From: Candidatus Margulisiibacteriota bacterium
Lineage (GTDB): Bacteria > Margulisbacteria > Marinamargulisbacteria > JBFWNS01
Assembly: GCA_050250935.1 (NCBI GenBank)
Contig: JBFWNS010000001.1
Location: 192,001 to 256,000 of the forward strand
DNA length: 64,000 nucleotides
Reading direction: 5' to 3'
The notes under the pieces were generated by a model. The model did no database searches, was not told the DNA's origin, and saw nothing but the letters and a program-made list of their open reading frames with translations. A program made the translations under genes and the position numbers. Positions 19,025 to 29,757 of this stretch are shown here, one piece after another (positions within the stretch are counted from its first letter, which is position 1; each line of letters begins with the position of its first letter).

Positions 19025-20209
19025 TTATTCTCCTTGTTTATTCTCGAGCAAGCGGACCATCAACACCCCAGGAATGCCTTTGAGTTTTTCGAGGGCAGCT
19101 TGGCTTGGGCGTTGATTCAAATCCACAATGTTATACGCCAAATCGCCACGGCTTTTGTTCACCATTTCGCTGATGTTCAAATTTTCTGAAGCCAAAACAG
19201 AGGTAATTTGTCCAACCATATTCGGGACATTTTCGTTGCTTAAAATCAATCGAATATCGGTTGTTCGTTCAATCGAACAGTTCGGAAAGTTCACCGAATT
19301 GGTGATATTGCCATTGATCAAAAAGTCTCGAATTTGAGCAGAGACCATCACCGAGCAATTGTTTTCGGCTTCTTTAGTGGAAGCCCCCAAATGGGGGATA
19401 CAAATAACCTTTTTATGTTTTAACAGGGTTTCACTGGGGAAATCGGTGACGAACCTGGACAAATGCCCGGCATCCAAAGCTGCCACGATGTCTTGCTCGT
19501 TAACCACTTCAGACCGAGAAAAATTCAAAAGTACAGAGCCCTTTTTAACATGGCTCAGCAACTCGGCATTGATTACGCCACGGGTTTTGTCCGTCAAGGG
19601 AACATGAACCGAAATAAAATCAGAAGTCGAAAATAGCTTATTCAAGTTGGTGGCTGGCTTTACTGCTCTGGACAAGGCCCAAGCCGTGTTCACCGAAATA
19701 AATGGATCGTAGCCTTCAACATCCAAGCCCAAGGTTACGGCATCATTGGCGACCATCATCCCGATGGCACCCAACCCCATTACACCCAACTTTTTGCCAC
19801 GAATTTCATAGCCTTTGAATTTCACTTTGTCTTTTTCAACGGTGGTGTGAATGTCGTGGTCGTTCTTACCGGCCAAGGAGTTGGTGTATTCAATGCCTTC
19901 ATAGATGTTACGGGAGGCGATAAACAAACTGGCCAAAACCAGTTCTTTAACCGCATTGGCATTGGCACCTGGGGTATTAAAAGCAACGATCCCAGCTTTG
20001 GTACAGCGGTCGATGGGAATGTTGTTGGTCCCAGCGCCTGCTCGACCAATGGCTTTAAGGGCGGGTGAAAATTCCAGCGAATGCAAATCGGCACTACGAA
20101 CTAAAATCGCATCGGGGTTTTCCTGAGCATCGGAAATGTTAAAAAGGTCTTTTTCAAAGACATTCAGACCATCATGAGAAATATTGTTTACAGTTCGAAT
20201 ATGAAACAC
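19025..20209 (-). CDS. serA: D-3-phosphoglycerate dehydrogenase with C-terminal ACT domain
   Basis: RAGAGTNNI, TPGANANAV, GLGAIG, PHLGASTKEAE, ACT motif NVPNMVGQIT; GTG start with AGGAG SD. Confidence 0.9.
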   Translation of the reverse strand: MFHIRTVNNISHDGLNVFEKDLFNISDAQENPDAILVRSADLHSLEFSPALKAIGRAGAGTNNIPIDRCTKAGIVAFNTPGANANAVKELVLASLFIASRNIYEGIEYTNSLAGKNDHDIHTTVEKDKVKFKGYEIRGKKLGVMGLGAIGMMVANDAVTLGLDVEGYDPFISVNTAWALSRAVKPATNLNKLFSTSDFISVHVPLTDKTRGVINAELLSHVKKGSVLLNFSRSEVVNEQDIVAALDAGHLSRFVTDFPSETLLKHKKVICIPHLGASTKEAENNCSVMVSAQIRDFLINGNITNSVNFPNCSIERTTDIRLILSNENVPNMVGQITSVLASENLNISEMVNKSRGDLAYNIVDLNQRPSQAALEKLKGIPGVLMVRLLENKQGE

Positions 20210-20261
20210 AGACGTCTCCTTTCTAGTATGCGGGTCATTGCGAGGTTTATCACAGGGCCAG

Positions 20262-20302
20262 AAAAAAAAGAGGGTGACTTAAGTTGATTCCTAAGCCACC
20301 CT
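20262..20302 (-). terminator. Intrinsic terminator ending the ribosomal supercluster after rpsI
   Basis: Minus strand AGGGTGGCTTAGG-AATCAA-CTTAAGTCACCCT followed by C and 8 T. Confidence 0.88.
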
Positions 20303-20329
20303 GAACACAAATCCAATATCCAAAACCGA

Positions 20330-20857
20330 CTACCGTTTTCTGAACTGGAATCCTTTCCGGGCACGCTTCCGTCCATACTTTTTACGTTCTTTAATGCGGG
20401 GGTCACGGGTCAATAGACCGTGGGGCTTCAACGAGGCTCTGAACTCGGGGTTCAGTTCCAACAAGGCCCGGGAAATCCCCAACTGACAAGCGCCAGCTTG
20501 GCCAACAATCCCGCCACCCAACGTCGAGATGACGACATCGTATTTGGTCTCCAGGCCCAACACTTTCAAAGGTTCTCTGACTTGGTCTTCCAAAATCTTG
20601 GTATTCAAATACGCGATTGCAACTTCGTTGTTAATCACCATTTGGCCAGAACCAGGGAACAACCATACTTTTGCAATGGCTGATTTTCGCTTGCCGGTCC
20701 CATAGTAAGATGTTTTGGGGATTTTGATGGTTTTTTTAGGTTTTGCAGCTGTTGTTTTTTCAACAGCAGGTGCAACTTTTTTTGCTTTTTCAGCTTCAGC
20801 AACTGGTTTTGCAGCTTTGGCCACAGGCTTTTTTTCGTTTTTCTTTTTAGTTTCCAT
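20330..20857 (-). CDS. rpsI: 30S ribosomal protein S9 with Lys/Ala-rich N-terminal extension
   Basis: GTGKRKSAIA, LLTRDPRIKERKKYG, QFRKR. Confidence 0.97.
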   Translation of the reverse strand: METKKKNEKKPVAKAAKPVAEAEKAKKVAPAVEKTTAAKPKKTIKIPKTSYYGTGKRKSAIAKVWLFPGSGQMVINNEVAIAYLNTKILEDQVREPLKVLGLETKYDVVISTLGGGIVGQAGACQLGISRALLELNPEFRASLKPHGLLTRDPRIKERKKYGRKRARKGFQFRKR

Positions 20858-20860
20858 GGC

Positions 20861-21310
20861 TTACTTATTGCCTCCTTGAAGAACCAATACTTCCGGATTT
20901 TGAGCTTGATGAGGATGTTCATTCCCAGCATAGACTTTAACGTGCTTAACCAACTTTTTGGCCAATCTGTTTTTGGGCAACATGCCTTCAACCGCATGAC
21001 AAATGACACGTTCTGGGTTTTTAACGATCAAGTCTTTGAACGAAATCGCTTTTAGCCCGCCTGCATAACCGCTGTGACGGTAGTACATTTTGCTAGACGC
21101 TTTGTTGCCGGTAATTTTAATTTTTTCGGCGTTGATCACCACCACAACATCGCCAGCATCCACAGAAGGGGTAAAAATAGCCTTGTGTTTACCTCGGATA
21201 ATGGTCGCAATTTGTGATGCCAGACGACCTAGAACTTGGTCGGTAGCATCGACGACAAACCATTTTTGGTTGACATCGTCCTTTAAATGAAATGACTTCT
21301 GAAGCTTCAT
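20861..21310 (-). CDS. rplM: 50S ribosomal protein L13
   Basis: WFVVDA...LGRLAS, YYRHSGYAGGLK, GMLPKN; start ATG 21310 with GAGGAG SD. Confidence 0.97.
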   Translation of the reverse strand: MKLQKSFHLKDDVNQKWFVVDATDQVLGRLASQIATIIRGKHKAIFTPSVDAGDVVVVINAEKIKITGNKASSKMYYRHSGYAGGLKAISFKDLIVKNPERVICHAVEGMLPKNRLAKKLVKHVKVYAGNEHPHQAQNPEVLVLQGGNK

Positions 21311-22101
21311 CGTGTGAACTCCTCGTAATAAATCTTTGCTAAGGTCAGCCCATTGGGAGGAGCTAACACATAAATTGGCTTTTTGGCACCGTCTTCGAAA
21401 GCTTGAACAATCTCTTGTTCGGAAACTTTCCCTTGCACTGTACACCAAATTGCCCCAACAATACACCGAACCATTCGATACAAAAACGCATTTGCAATAA
21501 TCTTAAGTCGATAAACTGGAAAAGAGACACCAGAAACAGACTCAACAAAAGTTTGTTTCTCGATACAACAGTCATACACATCTCTTATCCAGGAGGATTC
21601 TGCTGATCCTCGGTTTGAGAAATTCCTAAAGTTTTTTCTTCCGACAAAAACCTTAGCCACTTTGTTTAAGACCTCCAAGTTGGGCTCAAAGTCGATTGAC
21701 GCCACACAATGGCGCATCAGGACTGGAACCTCCTGGGCACTAAAACAATAGTGATATTCTCTTGCTTTGGCTGAAAAACGGGCATGAAATCCGCTTTCAA
21801 CACAGGTCACTGCAGTTATTCGAATGTCATTGGGAAGCATCTTGTTCAGCTGCCTGCCAATCACATCGACTGGCACCACAGGGTTTGCAAAAAAATGCGC
21901 CGCCTGGTGCCCTGCGTGAACCTCGGTGTCTGTTCTACCTGCCATAATCAGCTTGATTTCGGTTTTGTACAGCCCGCTAAGCGCTCTCACGAGCTCTCCT
22001 TCGACTGTACGCAACCGCGGCTGGTACTGAGACCCTTTAAACTTCACTCCACAATAACAAAGATCAAGACGGTAATTTTGAATAAAACTATTGTTCAACA
22101 A
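21307..22101 (-). CDS. truA: tRNA pseudouridine(38-40) synthase
   Basis: AGRTDTEVHA, FHARFSAKAREYHY, AFLYRMVRCIVG, APPNGLTL; conserved rplQ-truA-rplM position. Confidence 0.92.
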   Translation of the reverse strand: MLNNSFIQNYRLDLCYCGVKFKGSQYQPRLRTVEGELVRALSGLYKTEIKLIMAGRTDTEVHAGHQAAHFFANPVVPVDVIGRQLNKMLPNDIRITAVTCVESGFHARFSAKAREYHYCFSAQEVPVLMRHCVASIDFEPNLEVLNKVAKVFVGRKNFRNFSNRGSAESSWIRDVYDCCIEKQTFVESVSGVSFPVYRLKIIANAFLYRMVRCIVGAIWCTVQGKVSEQEIVQAFEDGAKKPIYVLAPPNGLTLAKIYYEEFTR

Positions 22102-22444
22102 ACTCTAAAAGCGAAACAGGGGCTGCGTCACCGCGTCGGAAACCCAACTTGGTCACACGGGTATACCCCCCATTTCGGCTGCTAAATTTAGGACCAATGG
22201 TCTTAAACAATTCAGACACAGCAGACTTGTTGGGCAACAAACTCAAGGCAATGCGTCGGGAATGCAAATCGCCTTTTTTGCTCAGGGTAATCAACCGCTC
22301 AACAAACCGTTGAGCTTCTGAAGCCCGGGTATCGGTGGTGGTGATTTTTTTAAATTCTACCAAGCTAACAACCAAGGTTCTCAAAAGCGCAATGCGCTGA
22401 TCCGTGGGCTTGCCTAGTTTCTTATTTCCTTTTTGATGTCTCAT
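22088..22444 (-). CDS. rplQ: 50S ribosomal protein L17
   Basis: MRHQKG, RNGGYTRV, RRGDAA. Confidence 0.97.
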   Translation of the reverse strand: MRHQKGNKKLGKPTDQRIALLRTLVVSLVEFKKITTTDTRASEAQRFVERLITLSKKGDLHSRRIALSLLPNKSAVSELFKTIGPKFSSRNGGYTRVTKLGFRRGDAAPVSLLEFVEQ

Positions 22445-22461
22445 GACTTAATCCTTAACTC

Positions 22462-23385
22462 CTAGCTTTCTTTTAAAGCCAAACCGTACTGTTTCAATTT
22501 ATCATTGATTTCATCGGCACTTTTTTTGCCGAAGTTTTTGATTTGAATCAGTTCAGACATGTCTTTCTCGATCAATTCAGAAACGGTTTCAATACCTGCC
22601 CGTTTCAAGCAGTTTGAAGATCTAGCCGACAACTCCAAGTCATCGATGGTCAAATTTAGGGCGGACTCTTTGACTTTGTCAGAAGGCTGAGTCACCGCAT
22701 GTTCCATTGGTTTTTCATTTAGGGCTTCAAACAATTGAAGCTGAGAAATCAAAAGAGCAGCAGCTTCTTTTACGGCTTTCTCAACATCAAGGCTGCCATT
22801 GGTAAAGACATCCAAAGTCAAACTATCGTAATCCAATTCTTTACCCACGCGGATGTTTTCAACTTGATGATTTACACGAACAATGGGAGAAAAAGAAGCA
22901 TCTAGATTGATGGTATTGATGGGTTGATCTTCACGTTGAGTAGAGGGGGCATAACCCACACCTTTTTCAAGGGTAAGTGTGGCCACAAATTTCCCAGAAC
23001 CCGAAACCTCTGCAATGTAGTGATCAGGGTTTACAATTTCCACATCGCTATCTCGCTTGATGTCGCTGGCATGCACTTTGCCAGGTCCTTTAAAGTCGAT
23101 GGTTAAGGTTTTCATTTCTTCAAAATGACCTTTAAACACAACGCCTTTCAAGTTTGCAATAATGTCAAAAACATCTTCGACAACATTGGGAACAGTAGAA
23201 AACTCATGTTCAATCCCATCAATATTGATGGATGTTAATGCGTAACCTGACAATGAAGACAACAAAACCCGTCTTAAAGAGTTTCCTAAAGTTGTTCCCA
23301 TCCCACGATTTAATGGAGACGCCACAAAACTTGCAGCGGCCTCATTTTTTTTCTCAAATTTTACCCACGGTAGCGGCTTAGACAC
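22462..23385 (-). CDS. rpoA: RNA polymerase alpha subunit
   Basis: GTTLGNSLRRVLLSSL, HEFS, LELSARSSNCLKRAGI, NFGKKS. Confidence 0.98.
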   Translation of the reverse strand: MSKPLPWVKFEKKNEAAASFVASPLNRGMGTTLGNSLRRVLLSSLSGYALTSINIDGIEHEFSTVPNVVEDVFDIIANLKGVVFKGHFEEMKTLTIDFKGPGKVHASDIKRDSDVEIVNPDHYIAEVSGSGKFVATLTLEKGVGYAPSTQREDQPINTINLDASFSPIVRVNHQVENIRVGKELDYDSLTLDVFTNGSLDVEKAVKEAAALLISQLQLFEALNEKPMEHAVTQPSDKVKESALNLTIDDLELSARSSNCLKRAGIETVSELIEKDMSELIQIKNFGKKSADEINDKLKQYGLALKES

Positions 23386-23403
23386 GGCAGGACCTCCTAG
23401 TAA

Positions 23404-24024
23404 TTACCTTGAATAGAACTCAACAACCAGTTGTTCCTCGACAGGAACATCCATTTCAGTTCGTTCTGGTGTATGAAGCACTTTAAAGGAATGTGTGGCA
23501 TCTTCGAAAGCCAACCAAGTTGGCATCAATTGGCCTTTTACAAATTCAAAACGTTTCTTTAGGGCTTCAACAGAAGCTGGGGCAACAGACACCACATCGC
23601 CAGGCTTCACAATGATGGAAGGAATATCCACTTGTTTGCCATTCAAGAAAATGTGGCGGTGACGCACCAATTGTCGGGCTTCTTTACGAGAAGGTGCCAA
23701 GGCTACACGGCACAATAAATTGTCCAATCTTTTTTCAAAGTGGGCCAACAAATTGGTCCCAGTTACACCTTTTTGAGACACTGCTTTTTCAAAATAATTT
23801 CTGATTTGTTTTTCAGAAACGCCATAGAAAAAACGAAGCTTTTGTTTTTCTCTCAAACGACGGCCATATTCAGACATTTTCTTTGGAATACCAACACGAG
23901 GACCTGGGGGGAAGTTACGCTTTTCAATCGCGCATTTCGCCGTCAAACAACGGGCCCCTTTCAAAAACAACTTTACTTTATTTCTTCGGCAAATCTTACA
24001 ATTTGCGTCACGATATCTTGCCAT
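23404..24024 (-). CDS. rpsD: 30S ribosomal protein S4 (Cys-containing N-terminus)
   Basis: MARY..CKICRR..LFLKG.RC...KC, LREKQKLR, VEFYSR. Confidence 0.97.
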   Translation of the reverse strand: MARYRDANCKICRRNKVKLFLKGARCLTAKCAIEKRNFPPGPRVGIPKKMSEYGRRLREKQKLRFFYGVSEKQIRNYFEKAVSQKGVTGTNLLAHFEKRLDNLLCRVALAPSRKEARQLVRHRHIFLNGKQVDIPSIIVKPGDVVSVAPASVEALKKRFEFVKGQLMPTWLAFEDATHSFKVLHTPERTEMDVPVEEQLVVEFYSR

Positions 24025-24033
24025 CAAATCCTC

Positions 24034-24417
24034 CTAGACGCGCCGTCTTTTTCTGGGTCTGCAACCGTTGTGTGGAATCGGGGTGACATCGCGAATGGAT
24101 TCTACCTCTAGCCCAGCACTTTGAATTGCTCTAATTGCTGTTTCACGACCAGAACCTGGTCCTTTAACCAAAACATGAATGCGTTGCATGCTTGCAATTT
24201 CAATGGCCTTTTTGGCGGCCAGCTCACCTGCTTGTTGAGCAGCAAAGGGAGTCCCTTTTTTGGTCCCTTTGAATCCTACAACGCCGGTTGAAAACCAAGA
24301 AATAACATTACCCTCGGTGTCAGTAATGGACACAATGGTATTGTTAAAGGTTGATTTGATGTGTGCAACACCAACCGGAACACTCTTTTTAACTTTCTTC
24401 TTCTTCTTTAAGCCCAA
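24034..24417 (-). CDS. rpsK: 30S ribosomal protein S11
   Basis: [27 protein letters not shown]. Confidence 0.98.
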   Translation of the reverse strand: MGLKKKKKVKKSVPVGVAHIKSTFNNTIVSITDTEGNVISWFSTGVVGFKGTKKGTPFAAQQAGELAAKKAIEIASMQRIHVLVKGPGSGRETAIRAIQSAGLEVESIRDVTPIPHNGCRPRKRRRV

Positions 24418-24434
24418 TTTCTATCCTCCAGTTC

Positions 24435-24809
24435 CTACTTAGTCACTTTTTTCTTACCAGCAATCGCAATTCGTTTACCCTTCTTGGTACGTGCATTGGT
24501 ATGCGTACGTTGACCCCGAACAGGCAAATTACGACGATGACGTTGTCCACGATAGCAGCCGATATCGCGTAGACGTCGAACGTTCTGGCCAATTTGACGA
24601 CGCAAATCACCTTCGATTGCGTATTCACTTACCGCATCACGCAACTTAACGATTTGATCTTCTGTAAGATCTTTCACCCGAATGTCTGGATTCAGGTTTA
24701 ATTTTTGAAGGATTTTCTGAGACAGAAAAGGACCAATACCAAAAATGTAAGTCAAACCAATTTCAACGCGTTTGTTTTTGGGCAAATCTACCCCACTAAT
24801 CCGTGCCAA
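24435..24809 (-). CDS. rpsM: 30S ribosomal protein S13
   Basis: [31 protein letters not shown]. Confidence 0.98.
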   Translation of the reverse strand: MARISGVDLPKNKRVEIGLTYIFGIGPFLSQKILQKLNLNPDIRVKDLTEDQIVKLRDAVSEYAIEGDLRRQIGQNVRRLRDIGCYRGQRHRRNLPVRGQRTHTNARTKKGKRIAIAGKKKVTK

Positions 24810-24821
24810 TGAAAACTCCTC

Positions 24822-24935
24822 CTAACCCTGTCTTTGCTTATGCTTGGGAATTTCGCAGATAATGCGAACAACGCCGTGACGTTTTACAACCTTACATTTT
24901 TTACACACTTTTTTTACGGACGCTCTTACTTTCAT
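24822..24935 (-). CDS. rpmJ: 50S ribosomal protein L36 (Zn-ribbon type)
   Basis: Below the ORF-track cutoff; manual translation [37 protein letters not shown]. Confidence 0.97.
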   Translation of the reverse strand: MKVRASVKKVCKKCKVVKRHGVVRIICEIPKHKQRQG

Positions 24936-24959
24936 AAATCTATACCTCTTTTAACACTT

Positions 24960-25181
24960 CTATTTGACTCGATAGATAATTCTTCCCCTGGTCAAATCGT
25001 AGGGGGACAATTCTACCTTAACGCTATCACCAAGTAAAACTCGGATATAATTTTTTCGGATTTTTCCGGAAATGTGGGCGATGATGGTTTGACCAGTCTC
25101 TAGCTTAACTTTAAATTGAGCGTTAGGTAAAGACTCAACAACAACACCGGTAACTTCTATAACATCATTTTTTTTGGACAT
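24960..25181 (-). CDS. infA: Translation initiation factor IF-1
   Basis: [30 protein letters not shown]; start ATG 25181. Confidence 0.98.
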   Translation of the reverse strand: MSKKNDVIEVTGVVVESLPNAQFKVKLETGQTIIAHISGKIRKNYIRVLLGDSVKVELSPYDLTRGRIIYRVK

Positions 25182-25185
25182 AATT

Positions 25186-25935
25186 TTATAAGACTGTGAG
25201 GATTTCTGGTCCGGATTCACCAACAGCAATAGTGTTCTCGTAATGGGCGGACCATTTTCGATCGGCGGCTATTATAGTCCATTTGTCCGGTAATGTTAAG
25301 ACCCGATAATCTCCCAAATTGACCATGGGCTCTATGGCAAAAGTCATCCCTGTTTTGAGCGTAGGGCCCTTGTTCGGTTTTCCAAAATTGGGAATCAACG
25401 GTTCTTCGTGAAGGGATTTTCCAACCCCGTGGCTAAAAAGATCTCGGACAACGGAGAGCCCTTCAGACTCCACATGGCCCTGCAACGCTGCAGAAATGTC
25501 TCCCAAGCGGTTCCCTTCTTTTGCAAACGCAACGGCCTTGAAAAAAGACTCTTTCGTCACCGTTATCAAGTGCTGAACCTCGGGGGTCACATCCCCAACG
25601 GGAAAGGTTCTCGCAGCATCAACATGGAATCCTTTAAAATAAACACCAATATCGATCGAGCAAATATCGCCAGGGTATAAAACCTTATCAGGATATGGAA
25701 TGCCATGAACCACTTCTTCATTTTTGGAAATACAGGTAGCATGTTTATAGCCTTTATAGCCCAAAAAAGAAGGCTTCGCCCCATAAGAAGCTATGATTTC
25801 TTGAACTTTGGTATCCAAAAACCCCGCATTTACCCCTACCCGAATTTCTTTTTCGACGGCCTCAAAAACCCGAGCCAAAATCTTGCCGCCTTCTCGCATG
25901 ATGGCCAAATCCGCTTCTGTTTTAATGGGAATCAT
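25186..25935 (-). CDS. map: Methionine aminopeptidase type I
   Basis: [11 protein letters not shown]...DAART, HGVG..LHEEP, AIEPM, SAHYENT. Confidence 0.97.
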   Translation of the reverse strand: MIPIKTEADLAIMREGGKILARVFEAVEKEIRVGVNAGFLDTKVQEIIASYGAKPSFLGYKGYKHATCISKNEEVVHGIPYPDKVLYPGDICSIDIGVYFKGFHVDAARTFPVGDVTPEVQHLITVTKESFFKAVAFAKEGNRLGDISAALQGHVESEGLSVVRDLFSHGVGKSLHEEPLIPNFGKPNKGPTLKTGMTFAIEPMVNLGDYRVLTLPDKWTIIAADRKWSAHYENTIAVGESGPEILTVL

Positions 25936-26570
25936 AGTTTCGATTCCACCTGAGCGAAAACTTGATCTGGATTCTGGGATGCATCAATGGTGCAAATGGC
26001 CTTGGTGCCATAATGGCCTAGAATGGGATTTAATTCTTTTTCAAAAATTTTTGCCCGCTCTTCAATGACGGCTTCAGTATCGTCTGCACGAACGGTTAAA
26101 CTGCCTCCACAACGATCGCAGATTCCAGTTTGTTTTGGAGGCTGGGTTTCTTTGTGATACACGGCATCGCAGGCTTTACAGGTTAAACGCCCCAACATTC
26201 TTTTTTTCACCACTTCAAGTGGAACATTAAAAAAGAATACGGTTGCTTTTGCTTGGGGAAAATCATTTTTTAAGAGGCTATCCAGAGCTTTGCATTGACC
26301 TTCCGTTCTTGGAAAACCATCCAAGATAATGCCCTCTCCATCCAGGCTCCGCATATAGTCTTTAAATAAATCGATAATTAATGCATCCGGAACCAAGCGT
26401 CCCGAACTTAAAAAAGGGCTTAGTTCCTGACCCAGTGGCGTATTGTCACGAATGTGTTGCCGAATCAAATTACCGGTAGACACAATCTTAAAGGGATACT
26501 TCTCAACCAGTTTAGCGGCCTGTGTTCCTTTTCCTGAACCTGGTGCACCTAAAAAAATGAGAACCTTCAT
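25932..26570 (-). CDS. adk: Adenylate kinase with Zn-lid
   Basis: GAPGSGKGTQ, LDGFPRT, CKAC...CDRC lid. Confidence 0.97.
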   Translation of the reverse strand: MKVLIFLGAPGSGKGTQAAKLVEKYPFKIVSTGNLIRQHIRDNTPLGQELSPFLSSGRLVPDALIIDLFKDYMRSLDGEGIILDGFPRTEGQCKALDSLLKNDFPQAKATVFFFNVPLEVVKKRMLGRLTCKACDAVYHKETQPPKQTGICDRCGGSLTVRADDTEAVIEERAKIFEKELNPILGHYGTKAICTIDASQNPDQVFAQVESKL

Positions 26571-27832
26571 TATCGCAACAAACCTTCATACTTACTGGAA
26601 ATAACATAGGATTGGATTTGGCGAAGCAAGTCCATGGCCACACCGACCATAATCAGCAGCGCCGTACCCCCCAATCCCACAAAGCTGGTAACCCCAGTTA
26701 AGGAGGCCCCCGCCATTGGAATTAAGGAAATTACCGATAAGAAAACCGCCCCAAATAGTGTTAACGAAGTAATGGTTTTATCAAGAAATTCAACGGTCGG
26801 TTTGCCTGGACGAATTCCCATAATAAACCCACCGTGTTTTTTGATATTGTCTGAGAGTTCTTCGGGATTAAAGGTAATCGCCGTATAAAAGTAAGCAAAA
26901 AAGAAAATCAATAAACAGAGCACCACATTATAAAAAACGCTGTCGTAGCGATAATGTAGGGCCATAAAATTGCTAATGGCCTCGACATGGACATACTGAA
27001 AAATCATCAGGGGGAATTGCATAACAGCAGAAGCAAAAATGATTGGCATAACCCCACTTTGGATCAATTTTAAAGGGATATAAGAAGATTTTTGGCTGAC
27101 TGCGCCTCTTGCGGTTGCCCGTTTAACATATTCCACGGGTATCTTTCTGTAGGCCTCTTGAACATAAACAATTCCAACCAACAACACCATAAAAATTAAA
27201 ACCAACATCAAAACATTTAAAATGCTTGTGCCACCTTGAACCAACACATAGGTTTGATGAACATAATTGGGCATTTGAGCAACGATCCCAATAAAAATTA
27301 AAACCGAAGCCCCGTTACCAATTCCATACTCCGTAATGAGTTCTGAAATCCACAAAACCAGGGCAACCCCAGCGACCAAGGCAATCACCGAATAGGTTAA
27401 AAATAAAGCAAAGGGGATATCGGGATTCACAAAATTTCTAAACCCAACCGACATAACAATGGCTTGAAAAAAAGCCAAAACAATCGTGAGATATCGGGTA
27501 TATTGGGCTACTTTTTTTCGCCCATAGTCCCCTTCTTCGTTTAATTCTTTCAAACTAGGGGAAACAACGGACAATAGCTGCATGATGATTGAGGCATTGA
27601 TATAGGGCAGAATCCCCAAAGCGAACACCGAAAAACGGCTTAAAGCACCACCAGAAAATAAGTTAAAAAAACTTAAAATTCCACTGCTGCTAAACGTTTG
27701 TGAAATCAAAGACAAGTCCACACCCGCTAGTGGGATATGCGTCCCCAATCGGTAAACAAACACCAAACCCAAGGTGAACCAAAGCTTTTTTTGAAGCCCT
27801 TGAGACTTGAAGGCGCTTATAAAAGAAGCCAT
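26570..27832 (-). CDS. secY: Preprotein translocase SecY
   Basis: FALGILPYINASIIMQLL, GIGNGAS, GVMPIIFA, GIRPGKPT. Confidence 0.98.
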   Translation of the reverse strand: MASFISAFKSQGLQKKLWFTLGLVFVYRLGTHIPLAGVDLSLISQTFSSSGILSFFNLFSGGALSRFSVFALGILPYINASIIMQLLSVVSPSLKELNEEGDYGRKKVAQYTRYLTIVLAFFQAIVMSVGFRNFVNPDIPFALFLTYSVIALVAGVALVLWISELITEYGIGNGASVLIFIGIVAQMPNYVHQTYVLVQGGTSILNVLMLVLIFMVLLVGIVYVQEAYRKIPVEYVKRATARGAVSQKSSYIPLKLIQSGVMPIIFASAVMQFPLMIFQYVHVEAISNFMALHYRYDSVFYNVVLCLLIFFFAYFYTAITFNPEELSDNIKKHGGFIMGIRPGKPTVEFLDKTITSLTLFGAVFLSVISLIPMAGASLTGVTSFVGLGGTALLIMVGVAMDLLRQIQSYVISSKYEGLLR

Positions 27833-27835
27833 TGT

Positions 27836-28276
27836 TTATCCAATAATTTCTAAGGTGCCGCCTGCAGCCGCTACTTTTTCTTGGGCAGATTTTGAAGCTG
27901 CATGGGCATGGATTTTGATGGCTTTAGAAAGCTCTCCATTGCCTAATACTTTTACTTTTTGTTTGTGATTCAAAATTTTTCTATCAACCATTGCTTCAAC
28001 TGTCACCTCGTTTAAGTCTGAGAAAACAGTCGCAATGACGTCGAGGTTTAGGGCTACAAAACCTTCGCGTGCGGGGTTATTGATCCCACGTTTTTTAGGA
28101 ATACGACGGTACAAGGGAATTTGACCGCCTTCAAAACCAAAACGGCGGGAATAGCCTGTTCTGCTTTTTTGACCTTTATGGCCACGACCACATTCTCCAC
28201 CTTGTCCAGCTGAGTTTCCTCTGCCTTTACGTGTTTTTTTAAATACAGACCCTTTTGCAGGTTTCAAAAAATCCAT
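27836..28276 (-). CDS. rplO: 50S ribosomal protein L15
   Basis: GRGHKGQKSR, GFEGGQIPLYRRIPK. Confidence 0.97.
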   Translation of the reverse strand: MDFLKPAKGSVFKKTRKGRGNSAGQGGECGRGHKGQKSRTGYSRRFGFEGGQIPLYRRIPKKRGINNPAREGFVALNLDVIATVFSDLNEVTVEAMVDRKILNHKQKVKVLGNGELSKAIKIHAHAASKSAQEKVAAAGGTLEIIG

Positions 28277-28830
28277 TATGCCTCTCCGTTATCTTGTACC
28301 GTCTGTTTTTTTTCTACAAAAACAGGGAGTTGCTTACCGCGCAACTTCGTTTCTTCTTCTAAATTTTTCAATTTCATCAAGCCGTTTAAAGCAGCTTTTG
28401 CCGCATTAATGGCATTGGTCGAGCCCAAAGATTTGGCAACAATGTCCTTAATCCCTGCAGCTTCTAGTAAAATGCGAACAGCTCCACCGGCGATTACACC
28501 AGTCCCTGGCTTAGCAGGTTTCAAAATTACCCGTGAAGCAGAAAAAGCCCCATGGACTTCGTGTGGAATGGTTCCATTGATGACTTGAATGGTTGCATAT
28601 TTCTTTTTTGCACGATCAATGCCCTTTTTAATTGCGCTGGGTACCTCTTTGGATTTACCCAAACCCAAACCCACTTTACCTTGTGTATCACCAGCAATAA
28701 CAAAGGCACGAAACGCCAACCGTTTCCCACCTTTAACAACTTTGTTTACACGATCAATTTGGATCACTTTTTCAACATCAGTTGATGTTGCTTCTTGTCT
28801 TTTAAAATTCCGTTGTTGCTGCTGTTGCAT
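28276..28830 (-). CDS. rpsE: 30S ribosomal protein S5
   Basis: RVNKVVKGGK, PGTGVIAGG, AKSLGS. Confidence 0.97.
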   Translation of the reverse strand: MQQQQQRNFKRQEATSTDVEKVIQIDRVNKVVKGGKRLAFRAFVIAGDTQGKVGLGLGKSKEVPSAIKKGIDRAKKKYATIQVINGTIPHEVHGAFSASRVILKPAKPGTGVIAGGAVRILLEAAGIKDIVAKSLGSTNAINAAKAALNGLMKLKNLEEETKLRGKQLPVFVEKKQTVQDNGEA

Positions 28831-28841
28831 TCATACTCTCC

Positions 28842-29159
28842 TTAAAAATTAAGACCGTGTTCTCTTGCTGCATCAGCCAATGCACTAACACGTCCTTTGT
28901 AAACATAGCTGCCGCGATCAAAAACAACATCTTTGATATTCAGTTTTAAAGCACTTTCGGCCAAGATTTTTCCAACAGCCTGTGCAGCAGCCACATTGTG
29001 AGAAGGGGTGCTTTTTAAAGAGGACGCTGAAACCAAAGTTACACCTTTGGCATCATCAATAATTTGGGCATAAATAAATTTATTGCTTCTGAAAACAGAT
29101 AGTCTGTGTCGCAATTCGGAAGATTTAATAGCAGTCTTTTTATTTGATTTTCTTTTCAT
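28842..29159 (-). CDS. rplR: 50S ribosomal protein L18
   Basis: [34 protein letters not shown]. Confidence 0.97.
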   Translation of the reverse strand: MKRKSNKKTAIKSSELRHRLSVFRSNKFIYAQIIDDAKGVTLVSASSLKSTPSHNVAAAQAVGKILAESALKLNIKDVVFDRGSYVYKGRVSALADAAREHGLNF

Positions 29160-29199
29160 GATATTTCTCTCTATCTTAAGTTCGCTGGTTTAAGACGTT

Positions 29200-29739
29200 T
29201 TACTTTTTAACGCTCTTACCTTGCTTTCTTCTAATAACTTCGGTGGACAATTTCACACCCTTACCTTTGTAAGGGTTAGGGGGACGCAAGGCACGAATAT
29301 CGGAAGCTACTTGTCCAACCAATTCTTTGTTAGGTCCAGTTACAATAACCTTATTTTGTCCTTCAACTTGGAACTGAATGGTTTGAGGAGGCTCCACTTT
29401 GATGGGATGTGAATAGCCTAGAGAAAAGATCAAGTCTTGACCTTGCAATTGAACCCTATAGCCCACGCCAACCAATTCCAACTCTTTTGAAAAACCTTCT
29501 GAAACACCTGTTACATAATTAAACAAAATTGCTCTTGTAAGCCCAAACATAGCTTTGGCTTCTTTAGAGTCGTTTACGGCTTTAACATGGATTTCAGATT
29601 CAACTTGCTCTGCAGAAACCAATGCATCCATATTAAAAGTGAGGGTACCTTTAGGTCCTTTGATTGTGACATTTCTGTCTTGAACACTAAACGTAACCTC
29701 TTTGGGGATTACAATTGGCTTTTTTCCTAGTCGTGACAC
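29200..29739 (-). CDS. rplF: 50S ribosomal protein L6
   Basis: MSRLGKKP, LVGVGYR, PYKGKGV. Confidence 0.97.
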   Translation of the reverse strand: MSRLGKKPIVIPKEVTFSVQDRNVTIKGPKGTLTFNMDALVSAEQVESEIHVKAVNDSKEAKAMFGLTRAILFNYVTGVSEGFSKELELVGVGYRVQLQGQDLIFSLGYSHPIKVEPPQTIQFQVEGQNKVIVTGPNKELVGQVASDIRALRPPNPYKGKGVKLSTEVIRRKQGKSVKK

Positions 29740-29757
29740 ACCTATTCTCCTCGAAAT

